A stretch of DNA of 60,908 bases from Deltaproteobacteria bacterium (GTDB taxonomy: Bacteria; Desulfobacterota; Binatia; Bin18). The position numbers were made by a program, and so were the translations under genes. The notes under the pieces were generated by a model. It was not told the DNA's origin. It saw only the letters and a list, made by a program, of their open reading frames with translations, and searched no databases. The DNA is taken from assembly GCA_009692435.1 (NCBI GenBank), contig SHZE01000005.1, positions 1 to 60,908 on the forward strand. The letters are read 5' to 3'. Shown here in pieces: positions 49,683 through 59,801 of the stretch (its first letter is position 1; the number at the start of each line of letters is the position of its first letter).

Positions 49683-51512
49683 ATGTGTGGCATTATTGGA
49701 TATGTTGGGCATCGTGAAGCAGCGCCGGTGTTGCTTCAGGGACTCAAACGCCTTGAATATCGCGGCTACGATTCCGCCGGCGTCGCCGTCTTTAATGGCG
49801 CTGGGATCGAGGTTCGCCGCTCAGTAGGCAAACTCAGCAACCTGGATCAGTTGCTTCGTGATGACCCGGTTCATGGGAGTGTCGGCATGGGACACACCCG
49901 GTGGGCGACACACGGACGTCCCTCAGAGGCCAATGCGCATCCGCATCGAGCTGGGAAAGTAGTGGTGATTCATAACGGGATTATCGAAAACTATCTTGAG
50001 TTGCGTCAAGAACTGAGTGCGAAAGGACGCACCTTCAGCTCGGAGACCGATACTGAGGTGATCTCTCACCTGATCGACGAGTACATTATCAGTGGGATGT
50101 CCTTTCTACAGGCGACCCGCGCCGCGTTACAACGCCTGCATGGGGCCTTCTCCATCGTTGCCGAGTGTGAGAGCGAACCAGGCAAGATTCTGACCGCGAA
50201 GAATGCCACACCGATTGTGATTGGATTAGGAGAAGGCGAGAACTTCGTCGCTTCGGACGTTCCCGCTTTGCTGGATTACACGCGCAAAGTCGTGTTTCTG
50301 GACGACGGTGAAATGGCTGAAATCACCAGTGACCGTGTGCAATTTTTCACGTTCCAAGGGGAAGCGATTGAGCGCGAGCCCCGGCAAATTACCTGGGACG
50401 CGCTGACCGCGCAGAAGGGTGGCTACAAACATTTTCTCCTCAAAGAGATTCACGAACAGCCACAAGCGATTATCGATACCATGCGTGGGCGGTTACTGGT
50501 GAACGAAGGAGAGGTGTCGTTAGGGGAGATTGAACAGCACGCGACGGTCTTTAATTCCGTCAAACGGATCACGCTGGTGGCGTGTGGGACTGCTTGGCAT
50601 TCCTGCCTCATTGGGAAATTTTTCCTTGAAGAACTCGCGCGCATTCCGGTCGAGGTCGATTACGGGAGTGAGTTCCGTTATCGCCGGTCGCCCATTACTC
50701 CAGATACGGTAGTAATCGCTGTGTCTCAGTCTGGTGAGACCGCTGACACGCTGGCGGCACTCGAAGGTGGGAAAGCAGGTGGGGCAAAGACGATGGCGAT
50801 CTGCAATGTGGTCGATTCCTCGATTCCACGCAAAGCGGACATGACCATCTACACTCATGCCGGACCAGAGATGAGCGTGGCCTCGACCAAAGCGTTTACG
50901 ACGCAGGTGACAGCGTTGTATCTGTTGGCGGTGCATTTGGGGCGACGACGAGGAGTGCTCGACCAAGCGACCAGCCGAAAACTTATTGAGGATTTGGTCA
51001 ACCTCCCAAACCAAGTCCGTGAGGTGCTTGCTAAGGACAAGCTGATTGAAAAAATCGCCAAGAAGTACGGGCATGCGCGCGATTTTCTCTATCTTGGCCG
51101 GGGCGTGAATTATCCGATCGCCCTTGAGGGCGCACTCAAGCTCAAGGAAATTTCTTACATCCACGCGGAAGGGTATCCAGCAGGGGAGATGAAGCACGGA
51201 CCAATCGCACTCATTGACGAGCAGATGCCAGTGGTGGTGTTGTTACCCAAGGACCCAGTGTATGCCAAAACCTTGAGCAATATGAAAGAAGTGGAAGCAC
51301 GGGGTGGGCGTATCATTGTGGTGACGGATGCCCCATCGCCGGAACTGGAAGAAATCGCCTGGGAAGTCATTCCGATCCCGACGACGAATCATTTGCTCAT
51401 GCCTATTTTAGTCACGATCCCCTTGCAACTGCTCGCCTATCATATCGCCGTCTACCGTGGCACGGATGTCGATCAGCCACGGAATCTGGCGAAGAGCGTG
51501 ACGGTCGAATAG
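49683..51512 (+). CDS. glmS: Glutamine--fructose-6-phosphate transaminase
   Basis: 'MCGI', 'GHTRWATHG', 'SQSGET', 'PRNLAKSVTVE'. Confidence 0.99.
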   Translation: MCGIIGYVGHREAAPVLLQGLKRLEYRGYDSAGVAVFNGAGIEVRRSVGKLSNLDQLLRDDPVHGSVGMGHTRWATHGRPSEANAHPHRAGKVVVIHNGIIENYLELRQELSAKGRTFSSETDTEVISHLIDEYIISGMSFLQATRAALQRLHGAFSIVAECESEPGKILTAKNATPIVIGLGEGENFVASDVPALLDYTRKVVFLDDGEMAEITSDRVQFFTFQGEAIEREPRQITWDALTAQKGGYKHFLLKEIHEQPQAIIDTMRGRLLVNEGEVSLGEIEQHATVFNSVKRITLVACGTAWHSCLIGKFFLEELARIPVEVDYGSEFRYRRSPITPDTVVIAVSQSGETADTLAALEGGKAGGAKTMAICNVVDSSIPRKADMTIYTHAGPEMSVASTKAFTTQVTALYLLAVHLGRRRGVLDQATSRKLIEDLVNLPNQVREVLAKDKLIEKIAKKYGHARDFLYLGRGVNYPIALEGALKLKEISYIHAEGYPAGEMKHGPIALIDEQMPVVVLLPKDPVYAKTLSNMKEVEARGGRIIVVTDAPSPELEEIAWEVIPIPTTNHLLMPILVTIPLQLLAYHIAVYRGTDVDQPRNLAKSVTVE

Positions 51513-51570
51513 CGCGGACGTATTGCTCTGTGTGGGGACGACGAGCACCGGTTGGCGATGAGGAGTGACA

Positions 51571-51957
51571 ATGCTTCCCGATGTCCAGCAACTGCTTGGT
51601 GCACTTGCTCGCACCCCGTCGCTCATCTGTACGGTGAGCCGGGATGGCGCGGTCAGTGAACTCTTTCTTGATGACGATCCACGAAAAGTGGAATTTTCCG
51701 GCACGTGGGCGACGGTAGAGTTCGCCCAGTGGCATATCCACGTTGACCTCAGCACTATCGTGCGGATGCGCTTCGACGAGGTACCAAGTCACACGGACTC
51801 AATGAGCGCGTATGTATCGTTTGACGATGCGGAGGGAAAAGCCGTGCTGCGGTTCTATTTCCCACACCCCAGTCATACCTACCGGACCTACACGGCTGAA
51901 GAGTTGGCGTTGTTTGGACGGTTTCGGGAACGCTATGAAGTAGAGACTAGCAACTAG
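51571..51957 (+). CDS. ChuX/HutX/HemS-like fold small protein
   Basis: SD GAGGAG; 'GAVSE..WHIHVDL..F..VSFDDAEG..VLRFYF' pattern. Confidence 0.6.
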   Translation: MLPDVQQLLGALARTPSLICTVSRDGAVSELFLDDDPRKVEFSGTWATVEFAQWHIHVDLSTIVRMRFDEVPSHTDSMSAYVSFDDAEGKAVLRFYFPHPSHTYRTYTAEELALFGRFRERYEVETSN

Positions 51958-52015
51958 AGGCTTGAGACTGGTCCCCGCCTTACAAGCCTCTAGCCTCTAG
52001 TCTCTAGTCTCTACT
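51939..52015. repeat. Inverted heptamer-repeat hairpin between convergent genes
   Basis: AGTAGAGACTAG..CTAGAGGCTTG ... CAAGCCTCTAG CCTCTAG TCTCTAG TCTCTACT. Confidence 0.85.
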
Positions 52016-53453
52016 TTATCCCGGCCAACTCCCGCGCATACACGGCGGCGGAATTGAAGTCGTACTCGCGATAGGTTTGCAGCTTTTCCGCTTCCAACGA
52101 CCCTTCGGCGTGAACGGCGAGTACTTCTTGATACCCACCGAAATCCGACGCGGTCAGGTCAGAGATCAAGTTCATCATACGCAACCGATGCTCGGTGGGA
52201 ATGCCCTTCTTGCCGCCGAGATATTTTTTGACATAGGGGCCAGTCGCTTCACTGCGCCAGTCTTCGACACTGGGACCAGTGACCAGCAACCCACCAGCGA
52301 TGTCTTGTACCCTTTGCACGGCATCATGATAGTTGGAGGCGAACTGATATTTCGCCACGTTGGTCAACAGGACGTTGGGCACCGCGATTCCCGGCGGCAT
52401 GACGGCATGTTGATGCGCCGCCGCGATAATCAGCCCTTGCACGGTGGCATGGTACGCGGCGAGTTCGGTGAGCTTCTCTCGAATATGAGCGGCATTCTCA
52501 ATGCCATTGTATTCGGCGATCGCACGCGCGGACCCGGCGAATAGTTCGAGCAGCGGGAGTTTGTAGGAGACCGCCGTGAAGCGATGGAACTTGACGAACG
52601 TCAGAGCCAAGAACCCAGCGGCTTCGGTCTCCCCGTTCATGAACACGCGATCCCACGGGACGAACACATCATCGAAAACCGTCAGGGTCTCCATCATTTT
52701 ATGCTTTGCGCTAATCGGAAAATCAAATGGGTCTTTCTTGAAGCCCCCATACGCACTGGCTAACAACTTGAGGCCCTTCGTCGCGGCGGGGATGGCGAAG
52801 GCGACGGCGTAGGCTTTGTCCTCTGGTTTCATCGCCCGTGTTGGCAGCACGATGACTTCGTCGGTATTGGTCAATACCGACGTGTGCACTTTCGCGCCAC
52901 GCACCACGATCCCATCCGCCCGCTCTTCAACGACACGCAGGTAATAGTCAGGATGCTCCTGCCCTTGGGGACCAAGGCCACGGTCGCCTTTGACGTCACT
53001 TTGCGCGACGGCCACACCATAATCGCGGTCGCGACACATCTGGTAATACTTCAGCACCCGTTCTTTGTATTCAGGCTTACCGCGTTTAGCCATTTCTTCG
53101 GCGACGATGTGCAGGGCAAAGAGCGCGTCGGTGCCAATTTCTTTAATCAGCACAACCAGTGTGGCACCCTCGCGCGTACTCGCGGAAATGAGCTGACTCC
53201 GTTTAAGTAAGTCTTCGGCATTACGCGGGAGGTGAAAATAGCGGGAGTAGGGTTCTTGGGTTTGCGGATCGACCATCACGGCGAGATCGCGATAGCGTGG
53301 GTCTTCAGACATTTGATAGTCGATACAGGCGTGGTCAACGGCGATCCCAATGATGGGATGTGTCGTTACATCCTGGACGAGTTCACCACGGTAGTAAACT
53401 TCGCGCCCATCCTTGAGGCTGGCTTTATATTGTTCTGGTGTACGCAAACCCAT
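52011..53453 (-). CDS. HpaB/4-hydroxybutyryl-CoA dehydratase family flavoprotein
   Basis: 'YKASLKDGREVYYRGE..DVTTHP', 'SDVKGDR', 'GIVVRGAK', 'FDDVFVPWDRVF', 'HAEGS'. Confidence 0.88.
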   Translation of the reverse strand: MGLRTPEQYKASLKDGREVYYRGELVQDVTTHPIIGIAVDHACIDYQMSEDPRYRDLAVMVDPQTQEPYSRYFHLPRNAEDLLKRSQLISASTREGATLVVLIKEIGTDALFALHIVAEEMAKRGKPEYKERVLKYYQMCRDRDYGVAVAQSDVKGDRGLGPQGQEHPDYYLRVVEERADGIVVRGAKVHTSVLTNTDEVIVLPTRAMKPEDKAYAVAFAIPAATKGLKLLASAYGGFKKDPFDFPISAKHKMMETLTVFDDVFVPWDRVFMNGETEAAGFLALTFVKFHRFTAVSYKLPLLELFAGSARAIAEYNGIENAAHIREKLTELAAYHATVQGLIIAAAHQHAVMPPGIAVPNVLLTNVAKYQFASNYHDAVQRVQDIAGGLLVTGPSVEDWRSEATGPYVKKYLGGKKGIPTEHRLRMMNLISDLTASDFGGYQEVLAVHAEGSLEAEKLQTYREYDFNSAAVYARELAGIK

Positions 53454-53524
53454 GTCCCTTGCTCCTTTTAGAGGAAATAGCGAACGTTATACTGCCGCCT
53501 TGTGGACATGTCCACGCCGTTGCT

Positions 53525-53615
53525 GGCTTATCGCCTATGGCTTATGGCCTATGATCCGCTCGTTTCACTCGCTCTATAGCAAGGGAGATTCTGCCATAAG
53601 CCATAAGCCATAAGC
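53525..53615. repeat. Inverted heptamer arrays (TTATGGC/GCCATAA)
   Basis: GGCTTAT CGCCTAT GGCTTAT GGCCTAT ... GCCATAA x3. Confidence 0.85.
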
Positions 53616-53618
53616 TTC

Positions 53619-55364
53619 TCAAATGACCACTTCCAACTGAAAAATGACGTTATCCCGGTCTCGTAAGAATCCGATACCGTTAAACTGCCCGTCGAGATAG
53701 TTATATTGCACGGTGAGACGGAAAGGGTCGCGGACAAATGTCACTCCAGGTTGGACGAGCCAAGCGCCTTGCCAGTCATATAAGAAAACGAGCGCCGGAG
53801 AGACGACGCCAGAGTAGTAGGAGGTGGAGACGGAAAGCGTATTGATGATTTGATACGGATCAAGGTTCACAAACGCTTGATTTTTGCGATGAGGGTCGCG
53901 GACCGGGACCGCGAAATGATTGAAATCATACTTCGGAGCGGCCTTGGTCAACGATTTGTCATTGAACGCCAAGATATGTGAGCCGAACACTTGGCCGCTG
54001 ATGGTGAACGATTGCGAAGGATTCAACAGGCGAATGTAGCGGTTGATATCGAGGCCTAGCGACCAGCGAACAACATCGGACCGGTCGATGTTGCTCTTAT
54101 AGCGCAACAGTGGTTTCCCGTTCGCGCCCACACCGACTTGTCGATAGCCAGGGGTGACATTGCCGGTGATCGCCGGACCGAGAATTTGATTCGGCGCGGA
54201 ATTGAGGAAGAACGGCTCCGCGTAGAAATAGGCCATCTCACTGCGGACGACGGCTGAGAGTTGCGGCACGCTAAAACTTAACGTCGCTCCACTAATCTGC
54301 ATTTTGGGGAACCATTGGTTGGCGTGAAAGTTATCGACCAAAAAGCGCGAGGTTTGTTTGTTGGCGACCGCATCCTGAAATGCCCCAAGGTTGATCGGCC
54401 GATTTCCCGCCCGGACCGGGGTAACGACACGTAGGGTCGGAGCATCCAGATACGTGTAGTAATGCGCGACACTGAAAGTGAAATCGCCGAGCACGCCGAT
54501 GACGCGCACACCACCACGCGCATCGGTGAAATTGCGCGCGGGTTTCTTCAAGAACCCGTTAATGCCGGGCGGGTTCGGGGTTGTCCATGGGGACCCGGAA
54601 GGCACGGCCTCCGCGACTTCGTCGTCAAGCGCGACATATCCTTCCAGGTCGATTTCCGAAAATGGGCCGCGACTGCCTAATCCATACACGGTCCGTAACA
54701 TGTCGAGCGGGACGCGCCGCTCATCAAGAGCGATGAGGAACCCCCCGAAGCTGGAATCGAGCGGGTTAATCTGATCCATCAGGCGAAAGACATCCGTCTC
54801 TCCCCACGACAGATTTTGTCGCCCCAAGCGAATAAACAGAGGCCCTTTGGTAAAGTCGATATAACCTTCGAACAATCGGTGCCGATGCCGCAGCCGTTGG
54901 CGAGTATGGAGTGGATCGCCAGCGCTATTGCGCACGAAGTTCTCGCTGAACACATCCGGCCCATAATCCCAGACGCCATCATACTCGCCGCGATAGGTGA
55001 TAAAGTAATCCATGTCGTCGGGATCAAGGTACTGCAACGGCGCAAGGGCGTACTGCAGCGGCGCGATGAGGCCCTTGTAGCGGCCAGCAATGAGTTCGGT
55101 GAGATTGTGCCGCAACTCCATCTGAATGAAGGTGCGGTTTTGCATCATGTTCCAGCTACCGTAAGGCGTGCGGAGGCGCGTATTGTCCGCCGCGTCTTGC
55201 GTCGCATACGTACTGCGATTGTAGATACGTCCATTAAAGCGTAGCGTTTCTTCTTCATCAAGAAAAATCGCCCAAGCGCATTGTTGCTGCCCAAAGACAA
55301 GCAATCCGACGCTCAGACCCAGCCAACGCCACCAGCGTCGCCCCGGCCGTAGGTGTCCGTGCAT
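53619..55364 (-). CDS. DUF1302-like outer-membrane beta-barrel protein
   Basis: Signal peptide ending AWA, 'LFEGYID..RLGRQNLSWGETD..DQINPLD', amphipathic C-terminal strand. Confidence 0.8.
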   Translation of the reverse strand: MHGHLRPGRRWWRWLGLSVGLLVFGQQQCAWAIFLDEEETLRFNGRIYNRSTYATQDAADNTRLRTPYGSWNMMQNRTFIQMELRHNLTELIAGRYKGLIAPLQYALAPLQYLDPDDMDYFITYRGEYDGVWDYGPDVFSENFVRNSAGDPLHTRQRLRHRHRLFEGYIDFTKGPLFIRLGRQNLSWGETDVFRLMDQINPLDSSFGGFLIALDERRVPLDMLRTVYGLGSRGPFSEIDLEGYVALDDEVAEAVPSGSPWTTPNPPGINGFLKKPARNFTDARGGVRVIGVLGDFTFSVAHYYTYLDAPTLRVVTPVRAGNRPINLGAFQDAVANKQTSRFLVDNFHANQWFPKMQISGATLSFSVPQLSAVVRSEMAYFYAEPFFLNSAPNQILGPAITGNVTPGYRQVGVGANGKPLLRYKSNIDRSDVVRWSLGLDINRYIRLLNPSQSFTISGQVFGSHILAFNDKSLTKAAPKYDFNHFAVPVRDPHRKNQAFVNLDPYQIINTLSVSTSYYSGVVSPALVFLYDWQGAWLVQPGVTFVRDPFRLTVQYNYLDGQFNGIGFLRDRDNVIFQLEVVI

Positions 55365-55479
55365 GTTGCTCCCTTCCTATCCCCGCGGAAAACTCTCCAC
55401 ACGAAATCGTGTTGGAGGCGGAGGGAAGCTATCTGAGATGGCGCCCGGAGTAAAGAGGAAATCGGTCGGAAGACCGGGG

Positions 55480-56049
55480 TTAGCTCGGCGTCTTCTGTTG
55501 TGCGGCTTCGAGGCTTTTCGCCGCATCCATCAGCTTGCGCAAATCCCACGAGAGGACCGACCCGACCAGAATCACCTGGGGTGATTGATTCACGAGGGCG
55601 TACAAGCTCGTACTCACCGGATTGTGCTTGCCCAGGACCAGCGTCTGGGTTCCTCCCCCTTCGACTTGGAGGGAAATTTGTGTCTTTGGCGGTTTGAGGC
55701 CATATTCAGAGAGTTCTCCCGCTTGCCCTTCCACATTACCGAGATTGACGAGCTTGGTGAGCGCCGTCAGAAAGTCATCAACGACTGCGGAGGGAAGCAG
55801 TTCTCCATTTTGTTCTCGTTTCCACCCTTCCGCAGTACGCGTACCGACGAGATGCTGTTCATCGAACATCACCTCGAGGTGCGTGATCTTTTCAGCGCTA
55901 AATTCGAAGATGGGACGTTCTAGCTTCTCTTGTTGCGTTTGTGAAGCAAGCCGGGTTTGCGCGGGAGTGGTGGCGTAGGTGTAGCCGCCCAACAACAGGG
56001 CCAAGACCCCAAGGACCATGACCCGCCGACTTTCCTGTGAACCGATCAT
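55480..56049 (-). CDS. DUF4340 domain protein (single repeat)
   Basis: N-terminal TM, 'LSEYGLKPP', 'LGKHNP..LYA'; overlaps the GldG-like stop. Confidence 0.8.
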   Translation of the reverse strand: MIGSQESRRVMVLGVLALLLGGYTYATTPAQTRLASQTQQEKLERPIFEFSAEKITHLEVMFDEQHLVGTRTAEGWKREQNGELLPSAVVDDFLTALTKLVNLGNVEGQAGELSEYGLKPPKTQISLQVEGGGTQTLVLGKHNPVSTSLYALVNQSPQVILVGSVLSWDLRKLMDAAKSLEAAQQKTPS

Positions 56050-57458
56050 CCTCGTTGCCTCCGCCGTGCGAATACCGCCATACCAATCAGGAAGACTGCC
56101 AGGGGTTCGACCACAACCATGAGCCAGAAGAACAGTCGCGATTGAGAAGCGGTGAGGTACAATGTCTGTTGCGGTGTGAAGTTCCGTTTCATCTCCGGGA
56201 CATTCGCGACTCGTCCGAGCGCGACTAATTCTTGTCGGCCAAGCATCCAGCCCACCGTGTTCATGAAAAAATCGACATTGCCCGGTATCCGTGCATAAAA
56301 ATTATCCGCGAAATTCGAGTCCCCGATGACGACAAGCTTCCCGGATTTCCCACTGCCCGTAGGAGCCACCGCCGCGACCGGCAGGGGGCCACGTTCATCT
56401 TCTCCTTCGGCGAAGACCAAATCACTCTGGGATTCCACTCGTGCCCGATTCTTCAAGGCCCAACTGGAGTCGCTCGAAAAAGCGAACGCCTGGGCTTTGC
56501 CGTTCTGGACCCGCACGGGCCGCACCATGGGCAAGATAGGCTCGCCACGAGGATCGCGGGGAAAGACCTCTTTGGAAAAGGTGCCAATGATCGGCATGAG
56601 CGGATCGCCCCCTGACATTTGCGTCTGATTATCGACCACAATGTCGTCGGCAAGAGCGAAACCGAATTGCGTGAGATACTGCGTCAGTTCTGGAACAGTA
56701 TAGGGATCAAGCAGAAAGAGGCCATTCCCGCCTCCAGCGAAATAGGCGGAAAGCGCTTGTAATTCTGGCGGGGAAAAATCTTCTTTCGGACCACTGACGA
56801 TGACGAGGTCAGCGTCGCGTGGGACGGCTTCCGCCTGGCGTAGTGGAAGTGGACGGATCCGATAATTTTCCGTTTCGAGCACACGACGCAGGACCCCATA
56901 GCCAATGCGCTCTTCCGAGTCGGTCACATCGCTTTCCCCGTGCCCCAGGACGAAATACATGGTTTTTTCGGATTGCATCACTCGTAAGACCGCGTTGAGC
57001 ATCCGCTCTTCGTCACTCACCGGAGTGGTGACCTTATTGGTCGCGGTCTCAACGACGGTGGCGCCATACGCGGAGATGCCATACCGTTGGGCGGCTCCGG
57101 GCGCACGGTCGAGGTCAAAGAGCTGGTACGAAAACAGTTGCGGGTTGACCTCTTGCAACATCGTCATCAGTTCCGCGTATTTCTCGCGGTCTCCACGTCG
57201 ATAGAAGGTCGTCGCTTGCACGGGCTGTGAGAGTGCCTTCAGGGTCTGGATGGTGACCTCGGAGAGGCTGTACTTCTGGGTCGGGGTCAAGTCGAAGCGG
57301 AGATTCGTGCGAATGCAAAGCTGTCCGATAGAGATAACGATGATCAGCAGAAAGAGGACCTCCACACTGAGCAGCCCGAATCGCCGGGTGGACTCACGTC
57401 CGAGCACCCCGGTCAGACTCATATCAGCAGGAGGAGAAGTTACCGTATCCCGCGCCAT
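56046..57458 (-). CDS. GldG-like ABC auxiliary protein
   Basis: 'RFDLT..YSLS', 'YFVLGHGE', 'VVIGDSNF..N'. Confidence 0.88.
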   Translation of the reverse strand: MARDTVTSPPADMSLTGVLGRESTRRFGLLSVEVLFLLIIVISIGQLCIRTNLRFDLTPTQKYSLSEVTIQTLKALSQPVQATTFYRRGDREKYAELMTMLQEVNPQLFSYQLFDLDRAPGAAQRYGISAYGATVVETATNKVTTPVSDEERMLNAVLRVMQSEKTMYFVLGHGESDVTDSEERIGYGVLRRVLETENYRIRPLPLRQAEAVPRDADLVIVSGPKEDFSPPELQALSAYFAGGGNGLFLLDPYTVPELTQYLTQFGFALADDIVVDNQTQMSGGDPLMPIIGTFSKEVFPRDPRGEPILPMVRPVRVQNGKAQAFAFSSDSSWALKNRARVESQSDLVFAEGEDERGPLPVAAVAPTGSGKSGKLVVIGDSNFADNFYARIPGNVDFFMNTVGWMLGRQELVALGRVANVPEMKRNFTPQQTLYLTASQSRLFFWLMVVVEPLAVFLIGMAVFARRRQRG

Positions 57459-58183
57459 TTTCGCGACTCCAACGACTGTAGTGTGAGGTAAAGAAAGAAG
57501 AGCGTCATCAACAGAAAAAACACGATGTCCTTGCTGTTAATGACCCCTTTCGCGAAATCTTGAAACCGATCGAAGAGCGAGAACTGACTGACCACGCCGA
57601 TGACTTGCGTGCCAATTGCCTCCTCGTTCCAGGTGAGAAACCAGAAAAATACCAGCAGCCCATAGGTGGACATGGCGGACACGACCTGGTTTTCCGTGAG
57701 CGAGGAGATGAACATGCCGCACGCGATAAACGTGGCTCCCAGCAGAAGGGTCCCTACATACCCGGCCAGCGGCGGCCCCCAATCAAACTGATGCACGGTG
57801 GACAGCAGCAGCGGATACGCCAGGGTCAGAAAAACCATCAGAAAGAAAATAAAGCAGCACGCGAAAAACTTACCAAGAATGATATGGGGGTCTTTCAGTG
57901 GATACGTCCACAGCAGCTCAATAGTGCCGAGCTTTTTCTCTTCCGCGAACAAGCGCATGGTCAGCAGCGGCAAGATCAGCATCGTGACAAAGCGGAGATC
58001 AAGAAAATAGTAGGTCCACAACGAAGAGGTAATATCCATGAAATCGCCGAAGAGGTCAAAAAAGACCATGTCGGTGTAGAAGAAGTAGCCGGTGAGGATC
58101 AAGAAGGCGGTCATCAGCGAGTACGCGATAAACGACCCGAAGTAGAGTCGCAATTCTTTCTTGAAGACGCACATGAATTTCAT
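57440..58183 (-). CDS. ABC-2 permease (GldF-like)
   Basis: 'KELRLYFGS', 'EEKKLGTIELL', 'TENQVV'. Confidence 0.9.
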   Translation of the reverse strand: MKFMCVFKKELRLYFGSFIAYSLMTAFLILTGYFFYTDMVFFDLFGDFMDITSSLWTYYFLDLRFVTMLILPLLTMRLFAEEKKLGTIELLWTYPLKDPHIILGKFFACCFIFFLMVFLTLAYPLLLSTVHQFDWGPPLAGYVGTLLLGATFIACGMFISSLTENQVVSAMSTYGLLVFFWFLTWNEEAIGTQVIGVVSQFSLFDRFQDFAKGVINSKDIVFFLLMTLFFLYLTLQSLESRKWRGIR

Positions 58184-58261
58184 AAGAAGTCGCCAAAGAG
58201 TTCGGAGTTCAGAAGAGGGCGGAGTGAGAAAAATCCTTAGTTCACAGCTCAGTCTGTGTCA

Positions 58262-59260
58262 CTACTCCGCTACCAAGGTTGCTGGGGCGAGGTAGACTCC
58301 CGCGCCCGTCCCGTTCGATTGCTGTACGAGTTGGAGATACATATCTTCGAGCGTCAATTCGAGCGCGCGTATTTCGAGGAGTCCCCAGCCTTGCTGGAGC
58401 AGGGCACGACTGACTTCTTTGCGAATGTCTTCTCCCGTGTACTCAACGATAAACGCCGCGGATCCATTCGATTCTGGACCCCGAACTCCGAGCTCCAAAC
58501 TCCGAACTGTCTCGACCCGTGGCATCTGTTCCAACAGCCCGCGTATTGCCGACTCCGGTCCTTCGACCTCGACTTGGAGACGACGGGTGCGTTGCAACTG
58601 GGCGCGAAGCTCAGTCAGTGATTCCGACGCGAGAATTCGTCCGCCGTTAATAATGATTACACGATCACAGACGGTGCTGACTTCGGACAAGATATGAGTC
58701 GAGATGATAACCGTACGATCAGCACCGAGGTCGCGTATGAGTCTGCGAATCTCAACGACTTGTTCAGGATCAAGTCCGATGGTCGGTTCGTCGAGAATCA
58801 ACACCTCCGGTTTATGGACCAAGGCTTGGGCGATTCCGACCCGTTGGCGATACCCTTTCGAGAGGTGGCCGATGATACGGTCACTGACTTTATCGAGCCC
58901 GCAGGCTTCAATCACGCGGGCGATCTCTTGCTTACGCTCACGGCGCGGCACATCCTTCGCTTCAGCAACAAAATCAAGGAAACTCCGCACCGGCAAATCA
59001 GGATAGACCGACACGCGCTCAGGAAAATAGCCGACCATCTGTTTCACACGATGTGTCTGCGTCACGACATCAAGGCCGCCGACAGTGGCATGGCCCGAGG
59101 TTGGCGGAAAGAATCCCGCCAAGATGCGCATGGTGGTGCTTTTTCCAGCGCCATTGGGGCCGAGAAAGCCGACAACTTCTCCACGCGGCACGTGAAAAGA
59201 AATCTGGTCGACGGCCAGAAGCGGGCCAAAGCGTTTGGTGACGTTTTCAACGGTAATCAT
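58262..59260 (-). CDS. ABC-2 ATP-binding protein (GldA-like)
   Basis: GPNGAGKS, LSKGYRQR, LDEPTIGLDP. Confidence 0.93.
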   Translation of the reverse strand: MITVENVTKRFGPLLAVDQISFHVPRGEVVGFLGPNGAGKSTTMRILAGFFPPTSGHATVGGLDVVTQTHRVKQMVGYFPERVSVYPDLPVRSFLDFVAEAKDVPRRERKQEIARVIEACGLDKVSDRIIGHLSKGYRQRVGIAQALVHKPEVLILDEPTIGLDPEQVVEIRRLIRDLGADRTVIISTHILSEVSTVCDRVIIINGGRILASESLTELRAQLQRTRRLQVEVEGPESAIRGLLEQMPRVETVRSLELGVRGPESNGSAAFIVEYTGEDIRKEVSRALLQQGWGLLEIRALELTLEDMYLQLVQQSNGTGAGVYLAPATLVAE

Positions 59261-59301
59261 ACTCGCTTTCTCACAACCCACGGATGGAGAGGATTATTCC
59301 A

Positions 59302-59721
59302 TTACTTGATTTTGAGGAGGGGAAGATGGGGAGACTCGGGTCGAGGGATCAATCTTTGCTGTGCACAATCAATCAGTAGATCAAGAGTTTCCAGCACGAC
59401 TTGGCCAAGCAAAGGTTCGCTGTTTGGTGGACCGACAACGCAGTCCACGTTCATACGCCGATTGCCGACTCGTACGGTAACGACTCCGGCGACTGGACGT
59501 TCTTCTTTGCGTTCGTCGGCGTAGATGACAATGACATTGCCGACTTCGCTCAACCCTAATGCCTCCACCAAGTCTTGCGGCAGTACCAGCATCACGGCGC
59601 CAGTATCGACCACAAGCGGTACTTTGAGCGAACGGATTTCCGCCTCTCGAATGTAGCCACGACGGAAGACCTCTCGATCTCCAGCGTTTTCCAGTTCGAC
59701 TTCGACTTTGACTTCTCCCAT
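59302..59721 (-). CDS. Clan AA (retropepsin-like) aspartic protease
   Basis: 'VVDTGA', 'YAD', 'PLLGQVVLE.LDL'. Confidence 0.88.
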   Translation of the reverse strand: MGEVKVEVELENAGDREVFRRGYIREAEIRSLKVPLVVDTGAVMLVLPQDLVEALGLSEVGNVIVIYADERKEERPVAGVVTVRVGNRRMNVDCVVGPPNSEPLLGQVVLETLDLLIDCAQQRLIPRPESPHLPLLKIK

Positions 59722-59801
59722 TTGATTTTTCCTATAGGTCTTCTTCAACGCCATTTCCCCACAAGAAGCAAGGGCGACGTATACGTCGCTCCCAGGGAAA
59801 G

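Noticed and set aside
51480-51570. Tn7 insertion at the glmS att site
   Set aside because: No Tn7 ends or tns genes; the next ORF starts ~60 nt after glmS
58694-59524. Long antisense ORFs (also 40403-41083, 50520-51197, 57560-58240, 18820-19488)
   Set aside because: Shadow frames of well-supported genes on the opposite strand, with no motifs of their own
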